Of a DNA stretch of 64,000 nt, positions 23,010 to 36,449 are shown piece after piece (position 1 is the stretch's first letter; every line of letters begins with the position of its first letter). The stretch is from contig OZ038378.1 of assembly GCA_964036045.1 (NCBI GenBank), positions 49,414,001-49,478,000 of the forward strand, in the 5' to 3' direction. The DNA comes from Eutreptiella sp. 'Long Island Sound 2002'. Its lineage: Eukaryota; Protista; Euglenida. The translations under genes were made by a program, and so were the position numbers. The notes below the pieces were generated by a model. It was not told the origin of the DNA. It did not search any database and was given only the letters and a program-made list of their open reading frames with translations.

Positions 23010-24749
23010 GTGTGTCTCGCATGTCCACACCCTTACCTGTGCATTTTTCTGCACCACCCCTGGAGTATTCGAACAGCAATACTCAAACAGCAGTTCAGGG
23101 GACCTCACCCATACACTACAACCAACTCCTCACCCCAATCTCCCTTCCCTTTCTTCTCTGGAGGGGGTGTTGTGTTGTTAGCATAACGTCCCTGGCTGGC
23201 AATGTCCTGTTGCTGGTGTTGGGTCAGGGGCTCTGGAACAATGGCGCTCACCAAGTCCTCAGCGAAATGATCCATTGCAAAGAACTTGCCAGCAACAATG
23301 TCACACAACCTTCCAAGCAGAACCCATGTATCCCCAACATAACTCAACACATCAGTTCAACCTCTGCACAAGAAACAATATGCAGCACCAGACTTTTTTT
23401 AGCTGGCACATACGTAGCTCATATGACCTTTTCCCACGTTTTATCCCCCAGTCCAGGGGAAGGTCAGTGCAATTGGCAACACCTAGGACATCAGGACAAC
23501 CCCCGCAGTGTGCACAGAGGACACCACATGTCTCAGGCCTTGGTCTGGCTTGGACTGACAGAAGTCTGAACGAGCCGTAATCTACCCACAAGCCCTCGTC
23601 AGCAGACGTGAGCTTACCCAGGACAAGAGTGGCATGCAACATGGCTACCCGGTGTATTTCAATATTTTGTCCCACATCATTCTTGAGAATGATGTTTCTG
23701 AAAAACGATGCATATCTCCACATCTTTCTCAGGGATGATGTTGGACAAAACTGAGGTGATACCCCCTTTGTGATGCCATGTTTAGTACAAACATGAATGA
23801 ACAAATAGATGAATGGTGCAGCATTGTGATGTTTGTCAATTGCTAGCCACCCACATTCACACATGATTTTGCAATTGTGTACCATCACAGTCCCGGTGCC
23901 CAATTCTTGGTGGGATGGGGGGGAATGCAACAATACCGGCTAAATACACACACATACTGCATGGTGAGGGTTGCGGTATTGAAAAACAATGGTTGGAAGA
24001 AACCGGATCACTCTTACTCCGAGTCGCTGTCATCCACAATCACTATCACCCATGATTGACGTGTGGGGTGTAGTGGCCCGCCTAAGGGGTAAATGTTGAA
24101 TAGCTGGACCCCCTGCACCCCTTAAACATTTAACACCGGAGGTGTAGTGGCCCCGCGAGGGGGTAGGTGGTCGCGCTTTCAATATGTGGACCCCCAACAC
24201 CCCTTAGTGTGTAGTGGCTCCAACACTTTGCGGTTTCATTTGCACACTTGATTAAAGATATATTTTCATGAAGGTTGGGATTGACCATGGTGAATAACCC
24301 CCTTCACCATTGCAAAGCGGCGGTGCGGTAAATAGCTTGCTCGCATGCATCCCATGTGATAATCAGAGGGCACTCAATCTCCCAGACGATAAGAATAGGC
24401 ATCATAAATCTTGCCCAATGTGTCTTCAGCATAATGGGGCAGTGGGCATTCCCCCAAGTAATTTGGTCATTACATGCCAGGCGATTCAGTGAAATTTGTG
24501 ACTTTCCTATGCAGCCCGCAGCACAACCGTTTCTGGCACAGAAGTCAACCCTTGTCAGACCCATGTACTTTGAGGGACTGCGTTAACCTAGCTATTTGGT
24601 ACAGGCCTGGGCAAAGGGGACGGGGTGTCAGGTAGCGCTGCCAGACTGCGGGTGTCTGAAGAGGGGATTGTGGGGCTCTTTCCCCTAGTACGTCTGGAAC
24701 TCATGGTACTTCTGACCACCCAAATCATCACCTTGCTTTCTCATTGTAG

Positions 24750-24881
24750 GCCATCATCAACAAGGCCAAGGTGAACTCCATCCAGCAGCGGTTGGAGCTG
24801 AAGGAGCTTCGCGAACAACACCAGAAGTTGACCCAACTGTACAACACAGAGAAGGAGAATGCGCATGCCATGCAGGCGCAG
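24750..24881 (+). CDS. Kinesin exon G (neck and coiled coil)
   Basis: attgtag|GCC...CAG|gtgttg; AIINKAKVNSIQQRLELKELRE; phase 0-0. Confidence 0.9.
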
Positions 24882-25028
24882 GTGTTGGGCTGTGGCAGGG
24901 GCTGTAGCCTGTGAAGGCACAGATTTAGAGCTTTGGAGGGGTGCCATGCTCATTTAGATGCCTTCTTGTCATTGGCGCGCTATGTCCCTCACCTTTTTCT
25001 ATCCCTTTGTCTTTTGCCCTTGCCTCAG

Positions 25029-25121
25029 CTGCTGGCCACAGCAGAGGAATTGGATCGTTTGAGGGCAGAAAATGATGAGCTTCGGAGACGGCTGTTTGAG
25101 ATCGAGGCCACAACACAGCAG
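25029..25121 (+). CDS. Kinesin exon H (coiled coil)
   Basis: gcctcag|CTG...CAG|gtttgc; EELDRLRAENDELRRRLFEIE; phase 0-0. Confidence 0.85.
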
Positions 25122-25299
25122 GTTTGCCGGCAGGGCGTGTTGGGCAGGTTTGTGGTGGGAACCAGGGGTTTAGGCACATCACTCTGTACCCCTATGCTTG
25201 GCCAGGCGACAGCATCGCTCTTGACCCCTGCACTGAGCCATGCCCCAGTGCCTAGCCATGCCACAAACATTGCTATTTTCCCTATGCCTCATGTAATAG

Positions 25300-25357
25300 G
25301 TGGAAGTGCAGTTGAACACAGCCCGTGGTGAAGTCCGCGAGCTGCTCACCAACAAAG
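25300..25357 (+). CDS. Kinesin exon I (coiled coil)
   Basis: taatag|GTG...AAAG|gtgcac; VEVQLNTARGEVRELLTNK; phase 0-1. Confidence 0.7.
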
Positions 25358-28229
25358 GTGCACACGGGGTTGGATTGACCAATGCAAGACGTGATGGTGC
25401 GCAGGTACATCTTCTACCTTCTTCAGATCCCCGTGCACAATGCTTGCAAGAGTCTGCTCTCTGCCTCAGTGGTCCTGTACTGAATGGATTGCCAAACTTC
25501 CTGAATACCATATGCACCAACACCAGGGCAGCAATTTGTCCCCCCAACAGCAACCCCACCCACCCACACCCCTGCTTCCAATAGGACCTCGGCAGGAGTG
25601 GCAGTAAACACAAGGGCCTTCAACTCCATACCAACTTTTTTGGCACAAGGCAACAGTGGTACGCACACCAAAATGTCTGCCCGCAGGGCTGGGTCAGAGC
25701 AAGACCCAAGAAGAGCAACCCACTGAGCAGCCCATATGCTGTACTGCTTAGCATCGACCACCGACCATTTGGGAGGCTCTCTTTACAACACCTGCGCAGT
25801 TGCATAATATGAGTACTTTTCTGGTTTGCCTCATGGCACAGGTTGGTAGATCAAAACCATGTAGGCCACATTTTTGGGAAAAAGCGACAGATCCCCCTTC
25901 AAGGGCCCATTGGTGTACGACACCTGAAGGCGCCAAATTCGTTGTTTAACCCCTTGTAAAATCAGTATTTCGGCTAATCAAAGTATCCCCCAATGAGCTT
26001 GCGGTCAGGACCCCCCTAGACCCCCCTCCCCGCCCCCACACACACCTGAAACCCCCTTTTTAGGGGGTAGGGGGGGGGTTCTTGGTGCTGGCTGCTGCCC
26101 TAGCACCCGGGAGGAGCGCTTGGTGGCCAGTGCTCGTGATATGTTCGAAAAAAGCTTTGGCAGCGAAGCCGCTGCGCTACCCACCTCTAGTGGGGGGGCT
26201 GTGCTCGTCGGGTGGGCGGAGAGCCCGGCAGGGGGGGGGGAGCCGGGGTGGCGCTTCATCATCGGCCGCTGGGACGGCGGGGGATGTGCGGCGAGGGCGT
26301 GGCCCACAACGCAATGGCGCAATTCGGCGCCCAAGGTGCTAAGGAAGCAGCCCGTGGGCCACCGACGCATGGTGACTCACCACCCCGAGAGCGGGTGCGT
26401 GCCGTAGCGAGTATCACATGTGCACAGCAAGCCTCAACCCGGAGGGGGGGTTCTTCACAAGAGCACCCCCCCCCCCTCACGGGGGGACCAAGGCCTCCAA
26501 CACCGGGCGCGCGCGGCCCAACCACACCGAGAGGGCTTGTGCTCCCTCGCGCTGCGCCTGCAGCATCAGAACCCGCAATCTGGTCCCCGCCGCAGCTGGA
26601 CTGGGGGGCACACGGTCGCCACCGTGCCGGAGCGCTCATGCCCCGCATGGCCAGCACAGCAGCACCGGCTGATGCAATACCGCATGCGGCACCAATGGTC
26701 GCAGGATGGCGCCCCGTGTTCCCGGCTGCGGCCCCCCACTGTGCCTTGGCCCCTGAAAACAGCAATTTGGGGGCTTTTAGGGAGGGGGCACAGCCCGGGC
26801 TACATGGGCCTAGCCGCCACTACGCAAGTCCCCATGGGTGCCCAAATACTGCTATTGTCACTAAATGATTATTCAAGGCCATCCACGGCAGGGACACAAG
26901 GGTTTCAGAAATCTCTTTTTTTTTTACAATTTTTCTGCCGACGCATGCCCGCGTGAAAACGATTCTCCTCACCGGCAAGGGGCCATATGGGGGGCCAACC
27001 GGGGGTGCCCACAGTTTGGACCAACCGGGGGTGCCCACAGTTTGGACCTGGGACCCCCACCATTGGTGAGGGGTCCATGTACAAGAAAAAAGCTGTTGAG
27101 GACCTAGGTCTGAATCAACACACATCATCCATAATACACAAAGAAAATTCGACACCCCCCCAAAAGGGGGTGTGATACAGGGAATAGGGGGGTGAAAATG
27201 GGAAAATTCATTGGGGGGTCATTCTCTGTCCCAAACGATGATTTTACAAGGGCTTAAACATCCGGTACCATACCTTGGTGTATCCAACACGGATGACCCC
27301 CAAAAGGGGCGGTGTATATGGTGCTTGCGCCTGCGCTTGATTTAACAACCCTCTTCGATGTGATTTGCATCCTACCATCACAACATCCCCTATCCCATCC
27401 CTCGCATCACTAGTTGTGTGTCACCAAAGAACATTGTCATTGCAAAAATGGCTGAAAATTGCATGAACTTCTTAAGCGTTCATGCCACTCCGCCTCACCA
27501 AGCCCCATAGATTTGGGACCCAAGAAGGCCTTTTCGGCTTGAAATCGGAAGAAAAACTTGTGATGATTGGCCAAAAAAAAGGAAGGATCATTTTTTAACA
27601 CCCTCCCCCCCACTTACCTAGCCCCTAGTACCGTGATGGAATCATGTGCTATTGCACATGTGCACAGGAGGGTCAGCATGGAAGAGACCTAGTCCCAACC
27701 AGCTGGTCCCTCTTGGCCGAAGTACTCCATAGGAGGGGAGGCGACTTTAATGGCGACTTTTAATGTTTTGGCCGCTCTTGCGATGTAGTCCATAGGAAGG
27801 GAGCCCATATGGAGGAGGGGAGCCCCCGAGCTCTAATCGGCCCCCACCTTGAGCTTCCCTTTCTCTGTATATAGGCCTAAGGACATGAAAGTGAGTCATT
27901 CCCAAAATTGCTTTTTTTGCGGCTTTTTAGTGGCCCCTAAGAAAGTTTCAAAATTCGAATTTTCTCGAAGCCCTCATTTCGCTCCAAGGATGGGTTCGGG
28001 TGATCTTTTGGTGACAACACCGGTACTTGGGCACCTGTAGTAGCCGCTCGGCCCGCTTAGACGGTGCCATGCGCCCCCTGAAACCGCAATATGACGGGTT
28101 TCATTGGCACTTGAAATTTTTTCAAAAATTCAAAATTTTCCCCTCTCCGAGGTGTAGTACCGAAGGCATTGGAATTTGTCTATTTTGCAGCCTTTCGGCC
28201 CGCCTACAGGCAATCATGGCCCATGGGAA

Positions 28230-28650
28230 AGACCCAAAGTTGCTTTTGGCGTTGAATATGGCCCGCATGGGTTGCCTTAAAAAGAAAAATTGGCGACCCC
28301 GGGCAATTCGGTGACAACAGAAGTATATTTGAATCCATTGCCATTCAACACTAAGTAGGTCCCTGTACTATTGCCCATTGGCCTGTACAATGGCTATGAT
28401 AGACAATGGCCCGTTGAAGCCACTATGTGTTGATCTAGGCCCGGGTCCCATTTCACCTTATTCTTTGGGAACCTCCGGATGGCCCCAATATGCGGCTCCA
28501 ACGTCAGGAGGATTTCACTATTCTCAAGCTAGCATGGGTTGGCTGAAATATCTAAATTTTGGAATGATCTCCAATGTTTGCTATTTAGTCTTGGGCTCAA
28601 TTTGAGTTATCACTTCGAGCATATAAAAAAACATGGGGAGCCATGCAGTA
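28230..28650 (+). repeat. Dispersed repeat, direct diverged copy at about 56925-57470
   Basis: Shared co-linear blocks TTGAATATG(G/A)CCCGCATGGGTTGCCT, GCTAGCATGGGTTGGC(T/C)GAAA and GAGCATATAAA. Confidence 0.6.
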
Positions 28651-31600
28651 GCAATTAGCAATTAGGCCCACCCAATGAGGTCCATGGGCGTTTGAAAGGG
28701 ATGTTTCTAGGCAATGGCCACCTTTGAAGAGATGGATGGGCTCTACTCTAGGGGAATGTTGGAGTGCATTGGTAAGGGCAATTTCTGTGCCCGCTGGAGT
28801 TGCCGAAAACAGAAGAGTTCGTTTCATACACTGATATAGAGAAACTATTCTTCAGGACAACCACAGCGCCGTGGGGATGGGCACAAGCAGAGTGTTGCCT
28901 CATTGAAATGGCATTTGTGAGTGCACACAAAAGTGCATGACAATATTGTCTTGCGGTGATTGTCGGCTCATGGGGCACTAGGTGGTCGTATTGTAGCATG
29001 TAGTAGGCAAAATGACATGCAGTTTGTGGTGGGTGGCCTATTTTATGGTGAAATTTTCCACGTGTTGGGTTTTATGGGTTGCCAATATCTTTTTTCGGTT
29101 CGTGGGCGATTCACGTGCTTTTCAGAGTTTTTTCTTCCTTCACCTAATTTAGACTTTGGATTTTGCACTCTGTGCTCAACCAGTACTTGCTCCTCGGTGT
29201 GTTAGGTGCGGGCCTTCAATTGGTCGGGTTGAAGAAAGACTACGACCCGTGTGATTTTTTTGGTTTGTTTTAAAACACCATGTGTCTCTAGAGTTTACTT
29301 CTTGATTAATGATGTTGCAAATACATTGACAAGGAGTGGCTGCATGGTATGATGAGGTGGACTCACATTGAGGGGGTCGTGGCCAACAACTTGTTGGATT
29401 ATATTATTGTACACAATACGGATATTACATGGAGATAAACGATGAATTTTGCCCCCCAACTATGGCACATCAATTTGCCCACCAACGGGGATCCATGATG
29501 CATGTGGGCAAGCATGCGAAATTTTGATTTGGGGGGCGGGGGGTTGGGGTTAGGTGGGGTCAAAGAATATCAAAAAGAGGTTCTTTCGTCATGGGGAGAG
29601 AAATTTCAAATCTTTTGGTTTTTTTTGACTTCATGCCGAAAAAGCCCTTTTGGGGTTGCAAGTGCATGGGGCTTGGCGAGGCGGAGTGGGATGAGTGGGG
29701 CATTAAAATTTTGTATTATGCGGCCTCTATCCCCATCTAGGCCCGGTCATTGCCTCTTTAGAGGCACCAAGCCGTTGTTTAAAGTAATTTTTTTCCACAT
29801 GGGTTGGCCGAGAAATCAATGGTTTTTGGCAGGCCCAGATGACCCATGCGGATAGTCGGGCCAAAAGGGTCATCACCTGGTGATATTTGGGCACAAAGGA
29901 AGTGCATAGAACTACGTGGGGGCCATGGATCACTAATTATTCCCTGGTAGTGCAACCCATGGGCCCCCTATGATGGCTGTGTTGGAGTGTTTAGCATTTT
30001 GGTGGGTGAGGTTTGGCTGGCCTATTGTCACCACTATGGGTTGATGCATACCCAAGGTAAGATGTCATTTCATGGTGGCCATGAATGTGCCCGGCCATGC
30101 AAGGTGTGGGATGGGGGCAACTACACCGACAACTTTAAATGGGCCATACAGGGGCTATGTGCCTCAAATTGGAATTCCGGGGCACCTGTTCCACCTGCAA
30201 GCCCTCATTGTTTGTGGTTCCCAGGCCTCAAAATTCTAACGACACGCCGACACCCTGTTATTTCTCGTCTCTTGGGGGGCAAGAGGGTAGCCCGGGCCAC
30301 GCACAGTGGGGGCCGACGGTGGATCCAGCAAGGTCCTCGGGGGGAAACAACGTTCTTTCCCAAAGTGGTTCCTAGACCATTTGCGCTGCTCAAACAGACC
30401 CCCTTTAGAGTCCGTGGTGAAGCATTTTGGCACTCAAAAATGCTAAAATGCCTTCAAAATTTGCCGTTTTGGGACAGTCGAAAAAGGCTCCAAAACGCTT
30501 TTTTCCGCGACTAGTCTTGGACCATTTGGGGTGCACAAACAAGTGCAATGGGCCTATTTCCAACTTATTCTCCGCCTCACAACGGGCGGGCTCCTATGCA
30601 GCACCGGGATAGGAGACTCCCCTCCACTTTCCTTGTCCCACAGAACGGCTACCCCGTGGTAGGCACGACGTGGATGTACATTACCATCTTCTTGGTCAAC
30701 ATGGATTGGCTATGCAGGTCCCCCGGTGGCGTGTGGCTGGTGGCCCAAAGATGGGCCATATATGTTGGGGATTCAAGTTTGGGGGGGCAACACCTCTAGC
30801 CATTGGTCCTCAAATGTTTAATGGATGCAGAGCCGGGACATAGTGGTCGAGCTGCAGACGTAGTAGTTGGGCGAAAGCAAAGAAACGGTTTCATGGTATT
30901 GCGCCGGCTTCATCGTGATGAGTCGTCAAAGCTGCCACAAGGCGGCCTTGAGGGTGAACATGCCTAGCACTCGGTCAAACATAGCATCAGCGGATCCAGA
31001 ATGCAGGGTGCCACACCACCCCCTGGGATTTGCAATTAGTGACGGCAAGCTGATGGTGGCTGTGGGAATATTCTAGAAAATCTTGTTTGAGGTGCATGGC
31101 CCTACAGCGAACATGTTCGCATACCCGTTCCAACCGCATTCCAACGGGATTGTTCTGTGGAGTGCTGGCGGTTTAGCATGATAAATTTTTGGTAGTGCTC
31201 GAACACAATCGAAACAGGTTTTGGAGAACAGGAATACAACAAGTGTACCTACAAGCCCTACAAGCCATTGTGGATAGTGCGACGGTCGAATGGGGTTTGT
31301 GGCGCCATGTATTTTTTCTTTCTATCTACACCCCCTCACCAATAACCAATAATCGGGTTCGTGGGGGGCTATCTCCAGGTTTTTGAAAGCTCCCCCCTGC
31401 CCGTCCCTCAATGGGGCTCCATCAGTGACGAATGGGCCATTTTCAAGCCGGCATGGTGTGGCTGAAAAATCGTTGTGCTTGCTGATCTCGCCCCAATGGG
31501 GCCCCATACAGGGTGCCATCTCAGAAACCCTGAGATAGCACTTGGGAGCACCTTCATTGGTTGGGTGGTCCATAAAGAGGAAAAACTGGAATGGGACGAG

Positions 31601-32699
31601 GGTTTCAAATCAACGCACTTTTGCGTCTAAAGGGCAACCACTTTTCGCCAAGTATCATGCAAACAAGCCCAAAGAACGGCTCTTTTGGAGCCAATAAGCC
31701 CCATTAAGATGGCCAACGTTGTGCGACATTTGACCCCATTGGTTTGTACGTGCCCCCATTTGTCACCAAGCGACCACCAACCCAACAGTGGTTGAAGTGT
31801 ACCTGAGGAGAGTTGAGGGGTGTTCAAAAAAAGTGCATTTTTTGAGCCAACACATGGAAACCCTTTTTGGTGGAAACAATCAGTTGATGTCCTTCACATA
31901 TGCCATGACGAGCCCTAAGCAAGGCTATAGGATGCACAAAATGTCCTTTTGTATCATAGTATGTGTATACCGTCACAATATCCCCGAATGCGCTCTTGAC
32001 AACGGATAACAATGAGTCACCAAGGTGTCCAAAAACAACAACATACCAAAATCAGTATAAAGTGCATACAATGCATGAGCCATGGTCCCACTGTGCCCAC
32101 ACAACCCCTATGGAGCTAGGACTTGGACCGCTTTTTTCGGCTCAAAAGTAGTGCTCATCCCACACCCAAAACCGGCTGTCCCACCGAACCATGACCAGCT
32201 ACGTGTAGTCTCGATGGGCACTTTGTGGAGCTTCCGTGACCCGTTAAATTTTTTTGAGCTGTAAGTAAACGAAAATGGAAAAGAACGGTTTATGTCCGAC
32301 CCAATAAAACTGAGATGTTTTTTCGGCCCCCCCTCCCACCCCAACGCCTTGTGTAGAGCAACGAAATGGGCCATGAGACAACAGACATTAGAGGTGGATT
32401 GAGCATCATCGCGCCCAACTCCCCCACTCTCCCCACGTCATTCACAATCCCCCCCGGCTGAATATTAGATTTTTGTACACCCTACCCCCCCCCCCATCAT
32501 TTTCGACCTCAGAGTCCCCATCGAGTATGCCCCCAACGGTACCTACGCCTAGTTGGGTAGGGGGGTGTCTTTACCACGCGCTATGGTATTGGGTTTTGCT
32601 TGACAATTGGTCTCTTTCTGCTCTGGATTATGCTACTTGCCGATGGCTGTGGAGTGGACAAAATTCATTGAGAACACACACCGTTTCCGCATTGATATC

Positions 32700-35070
32700 A
32701 ACACGCCAAGTGTATGAGTTGTTTTAATGAAAAACTGTTGCACATATTGCATGCAGAAAACGATTTTGTAAGCCAACAAGAAATTTCATTGAAACGGGCC
32801 ACGGGACACCGGGGGATGTTCAACAAATGCTCACATTTATTCAAACAATTGCTCAAGGGCAACAGTGGTTTACCATGTTCGGTGTCATACAAAATGTATT
32901 GTCTGTTGTATACACAATGGAAACCCCGTGGAAACGAACCTCCACCCAAGCAGACGTTCCAATGTCCGGTGCAGCATGGTGCAAGATTTCTTACGGCAAT
33001 TTTTGTTTATACAATGCCCCTGACTTGTCACAACAAGCATGAGATGCTGCTGTCCAGAGATTGGACGAGGTTTCAATTGACCATGTCGCCATGAGGCTTT
33101 GACAACTGTTTCACAAAACATTGCGCACCCATGCCCTCCGGTGCCGTTTTATCGTGCAGTGGTTCTTTTCGTTTTTGCAATTTTGCCATTGCAACAGGAC
33201 CCTATGGTTATCCTTGGTTGCCCACAATTTAAAGCTTTGTTTCGCAAAGCAGCACGGGTTGCCACGTCAATTGTAGATTCACATGCCTCCTTGCTTTCTA
33301 ATATGAATACTGCCTTACAAGCCTCTCTTAGTTTGAAAGATGTGAGGTGCGAACTAAATGTGAAGCGCAATGCGTGGAAAATCTCTAGCAGAAACCCTCC
33401 CCCCACCCCTTTTTTCAAGCACCTGATCTAACATTGCAAAGATTACAAAGGTTGCAGTCCGCTTGCAACCTAAGTCCAAAACTCATCTTCCACTTTGAGT
33501 TGATATGAAGAATTTCTATAGCGTGGCAAAGTTCCTGTGTTCAACTACATACGACAATTACAAATTGCGCGACGAAATTCATTCCTGTCCTATGCCGTAT
33601 GGTGTGTGGCATGCGTACAAGTGCTCTTGTGAGGCACTCCATGAGAAATGACTCTCATGTGTATATGCTTGTAATCTGGTCCCCAAGCCGCCAATACGGT
33701 TGTGGACACACACTCTAGCTCATTTGGAAACAACATGTGTTCATGAGTCGCTTATTTTTGGCTCCTACTTGCACCAGCTAAAGACAAAACTGAGGGACCT
33801 CAAAAAATGTTACATCAACTGACAGCCAACAAGACATCGTTGGTGTATCCAACAAACAGTGGCAACGTGCAACCTGTTGAATGACTATGTACCCCGTTTT
33901 TTCATCTTAGGGATATTGGTTCGCGACTGCAACCGGTGTCCGCAGAGATGGGCTCTCGTGCCTCACGCTGCGGGACTTGGGTTGAGTCTGTTCATGTTTG
34001 TACTGCTCCAGTTGTTCTACCGGTCTTAGCACTCACATGAATGAATGCGAATCCCGGATGTGGCAAAACTACTATGGGTTCAGTGGCATCGTTCAACCCC
34101 CCCATGTGCACATAGTGAGGAGCCATGTGAGGCTATGTCCCCACGATTTGCTGAGAAACAGAGACAATTTTCACCAAAATCATTTACGCTCAAAAGGGCA
34201 CCTAGGTCTTTTCTTGTTGGTTGCACCTGCCGCTGCTGCAAATAATAAATCTATGCAACAGCACGTTGCAACATCATGTTGCTGACACCATTGAGAAACA
34301 TCCGTCCATGTTTGTTGGAGACAGTGCTGATGCCCCAAATTGTGCTGTCCAATGGGCATCCACTCAGGTCACGGTCCGCGGTGGTTAGTGCCGTTGGTAT
34401 GCCCTGAATGCAATGAAAACTCTAGCAATTTGAAGAGCAATATGCCGTTGTAAACCAGCTTGCTGCATAACATTGAGGCATGAGGTGTACTCACGCTCAT
34501 GCCAAAAGGCCTGGGACACTAATGCCTTCATGGCACGTCCTTCAATAACACTACAGGTGTAGGTCCCAACAACGGGCAAGGGGCAAATAGATCGGAGGAC
34601 AAAGTCTCCCAAACAAATGACAAACAAGAACAAAGGTGTCCTCAAAATCGAGACCATGGTGCACTTTGCGCTGTGCAAAGGGTAAACAAGTCAACGGGTC
34701 TCATTGTATGCATGTTGTTCTTCTTAATTCATCAAATGTGCGAGCACAAGAGTCATGAAATCTCATCTACTAAATAAAACGGCTATTGTTCCACGAATGT
34801 GAGTCGTTGCGCCCCACGGAGCGCAACATACTACAACCACGTACGGGGTACCCAACGGGTAGTCAAGGGATAGAAACTTACTACCCCGAGAAGAAAACAA
34901 ATGCATGAAAGGTAATGGTCGCACACGAGGTGTTAATGTACCACCAAACACATCTTGCAACGGTGGATAAATGTTCAACCTCCCATTGCCAAACTTCCCA
35001 ATCATTTGTGCAAGTCGTAGGCACTTATGAAAAATTGTCGTTTGATAATTGAAGTGTGTTGCACAATGCA
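32700..35070 (-). pseudogene. Possible decayed MULE-like (DUF6729-type) transposase
   Basis: Co-oriented fragments in plausible order: GRLNIYPPL..PLPF, LRSICPLP..YTC, LLEIFHALRFTFSSHL..LREACKAVF. Many stops; family call is tentative. Confidence 0.3.
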
Positions 35071-36152
35071 TTTGTAGTAATTCACCCGAAGTGGTAGTAA
35101 TGTTTGGACTAGTTTACTTTGGAGCGCTCTTCGAGACCAATCAAGCCGACAACGCAATAAAAAAAAGCATAAAAGGTCATCTGAGCACCAAAACGTAGCG
35201 TTACAAATGGGTAGTTTGTACAAGGGAGCGCTATGTAGGGCGTAGCGGCTAAATTTGCTATACGAGATGGGCTGCATTTGGCCGTTTGGTTGTCTTGTGC
35301 TGTGCACACCGCAACACATTCACAGACCATGAAATTTGCGGTTGTAGCTCCTGATGTGCATGGAATACATGTGGAAAGCTCAAAGTTGAACATATATCGG
35401 TGGTGTCCAAAACGCAAAACCAATACATCACATTTGCATGGTGAAAACAAAATATTTCCGAACGGACTTTTGGGGTTGGATCCGCCGCCTAGAGGGCCGA
35501 CGCAAAAAGCCGGCTAAGACATCAAGTCTTGGTGACGATTATGCCTACACTAAACACTCCTACATGGGTGGGGCTAAGGTGTGAGAACGAGTAGAACAAA
35601 GTAAGTCGGAGAACATGTCACAATAGCGCTTTCCCCACTAATTTGCATGTCCCAAAGAACGACACTAATATGTGTTTCCCTATTAGGGCGTTGGAAGGAG
35701 GTACCCCGCACGCACATGTGCCCTGTTGAACCTGAAGAGGTCAACCCATGTCCTGTAATCACCCTCACTCTTGCCCTATTAATGAAGCAAGAGGCATTTT
35801 ATAGTGCCATTTATGTTCACACCGGTGCAAGGGGCAAACTTCTGTCCAAAGGTTTCCTACCCTCTTAACCGGTACCCGCAAAGAGCCCTACAAGCAACCA
35901 AAGTCAAGACACATTGAATGCATAGAGATCAAGGTGAGAGTCTCTGTTGATTTCAACAAGCTTATGTGCCCACAAGCACACCCTAACTCCAAACAACTTT
36001 GTGGCTTTTTGAGTTGGGTGGTGCTATAATGATTTCCAAACCCAACGCACCCCCAACGGCTTGAGATTTTTGATGTACCCCCTTGGCCTGCCCAACAATG
36101 TGGCTCAGCCCCCCGTGCTGTGATGCCTTGTGATGTGGTGTGTAGTGTGCTT

Positions 36153-36449
36153 ATGTGATGTGATGTGATGTGATGTGATGTGATGTGATGTGATGTGATG
36201 TGATGTGATGTGATGTGATGTGATGTGATGTGATGTGATGTGATGTGATGTGACGTGATGTGATGTGATGTGATGTGATGTGATGTGATGTGATGTGATG
36301 TGATGTGATGTGATGTGATGTAATGTGATGTGATGTGATGTGATGTGATGTGATGTGATGTGATGTGATGTGATGTGATGTGATGTGATGTGATGTGATG
36401 TGATGTGATGTGATGTGATGTGTTGTAATATGATGTGATGTCATGTCAT
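36153..36449 (+). repeat. (TGTGA)n pentanucleotide microsatellite, about 55-59 units
   Basis: Nearly perfect 5-bp periodicity. Confidence 0.97.

Noticed and set aside
17786-25357. Non-canonical (euglenid-type) introns in the kinesin
   Set aside because: All eight introns joining exons A-I are GT-AG and keep the reading phase.
26005-26956. Overlapping GC-rich ORFs of 120-220 aa
   Set aside because: They are open in many frames on both strands owing to GC content, show no protein motifs, and probably represent a non-coding repeat.
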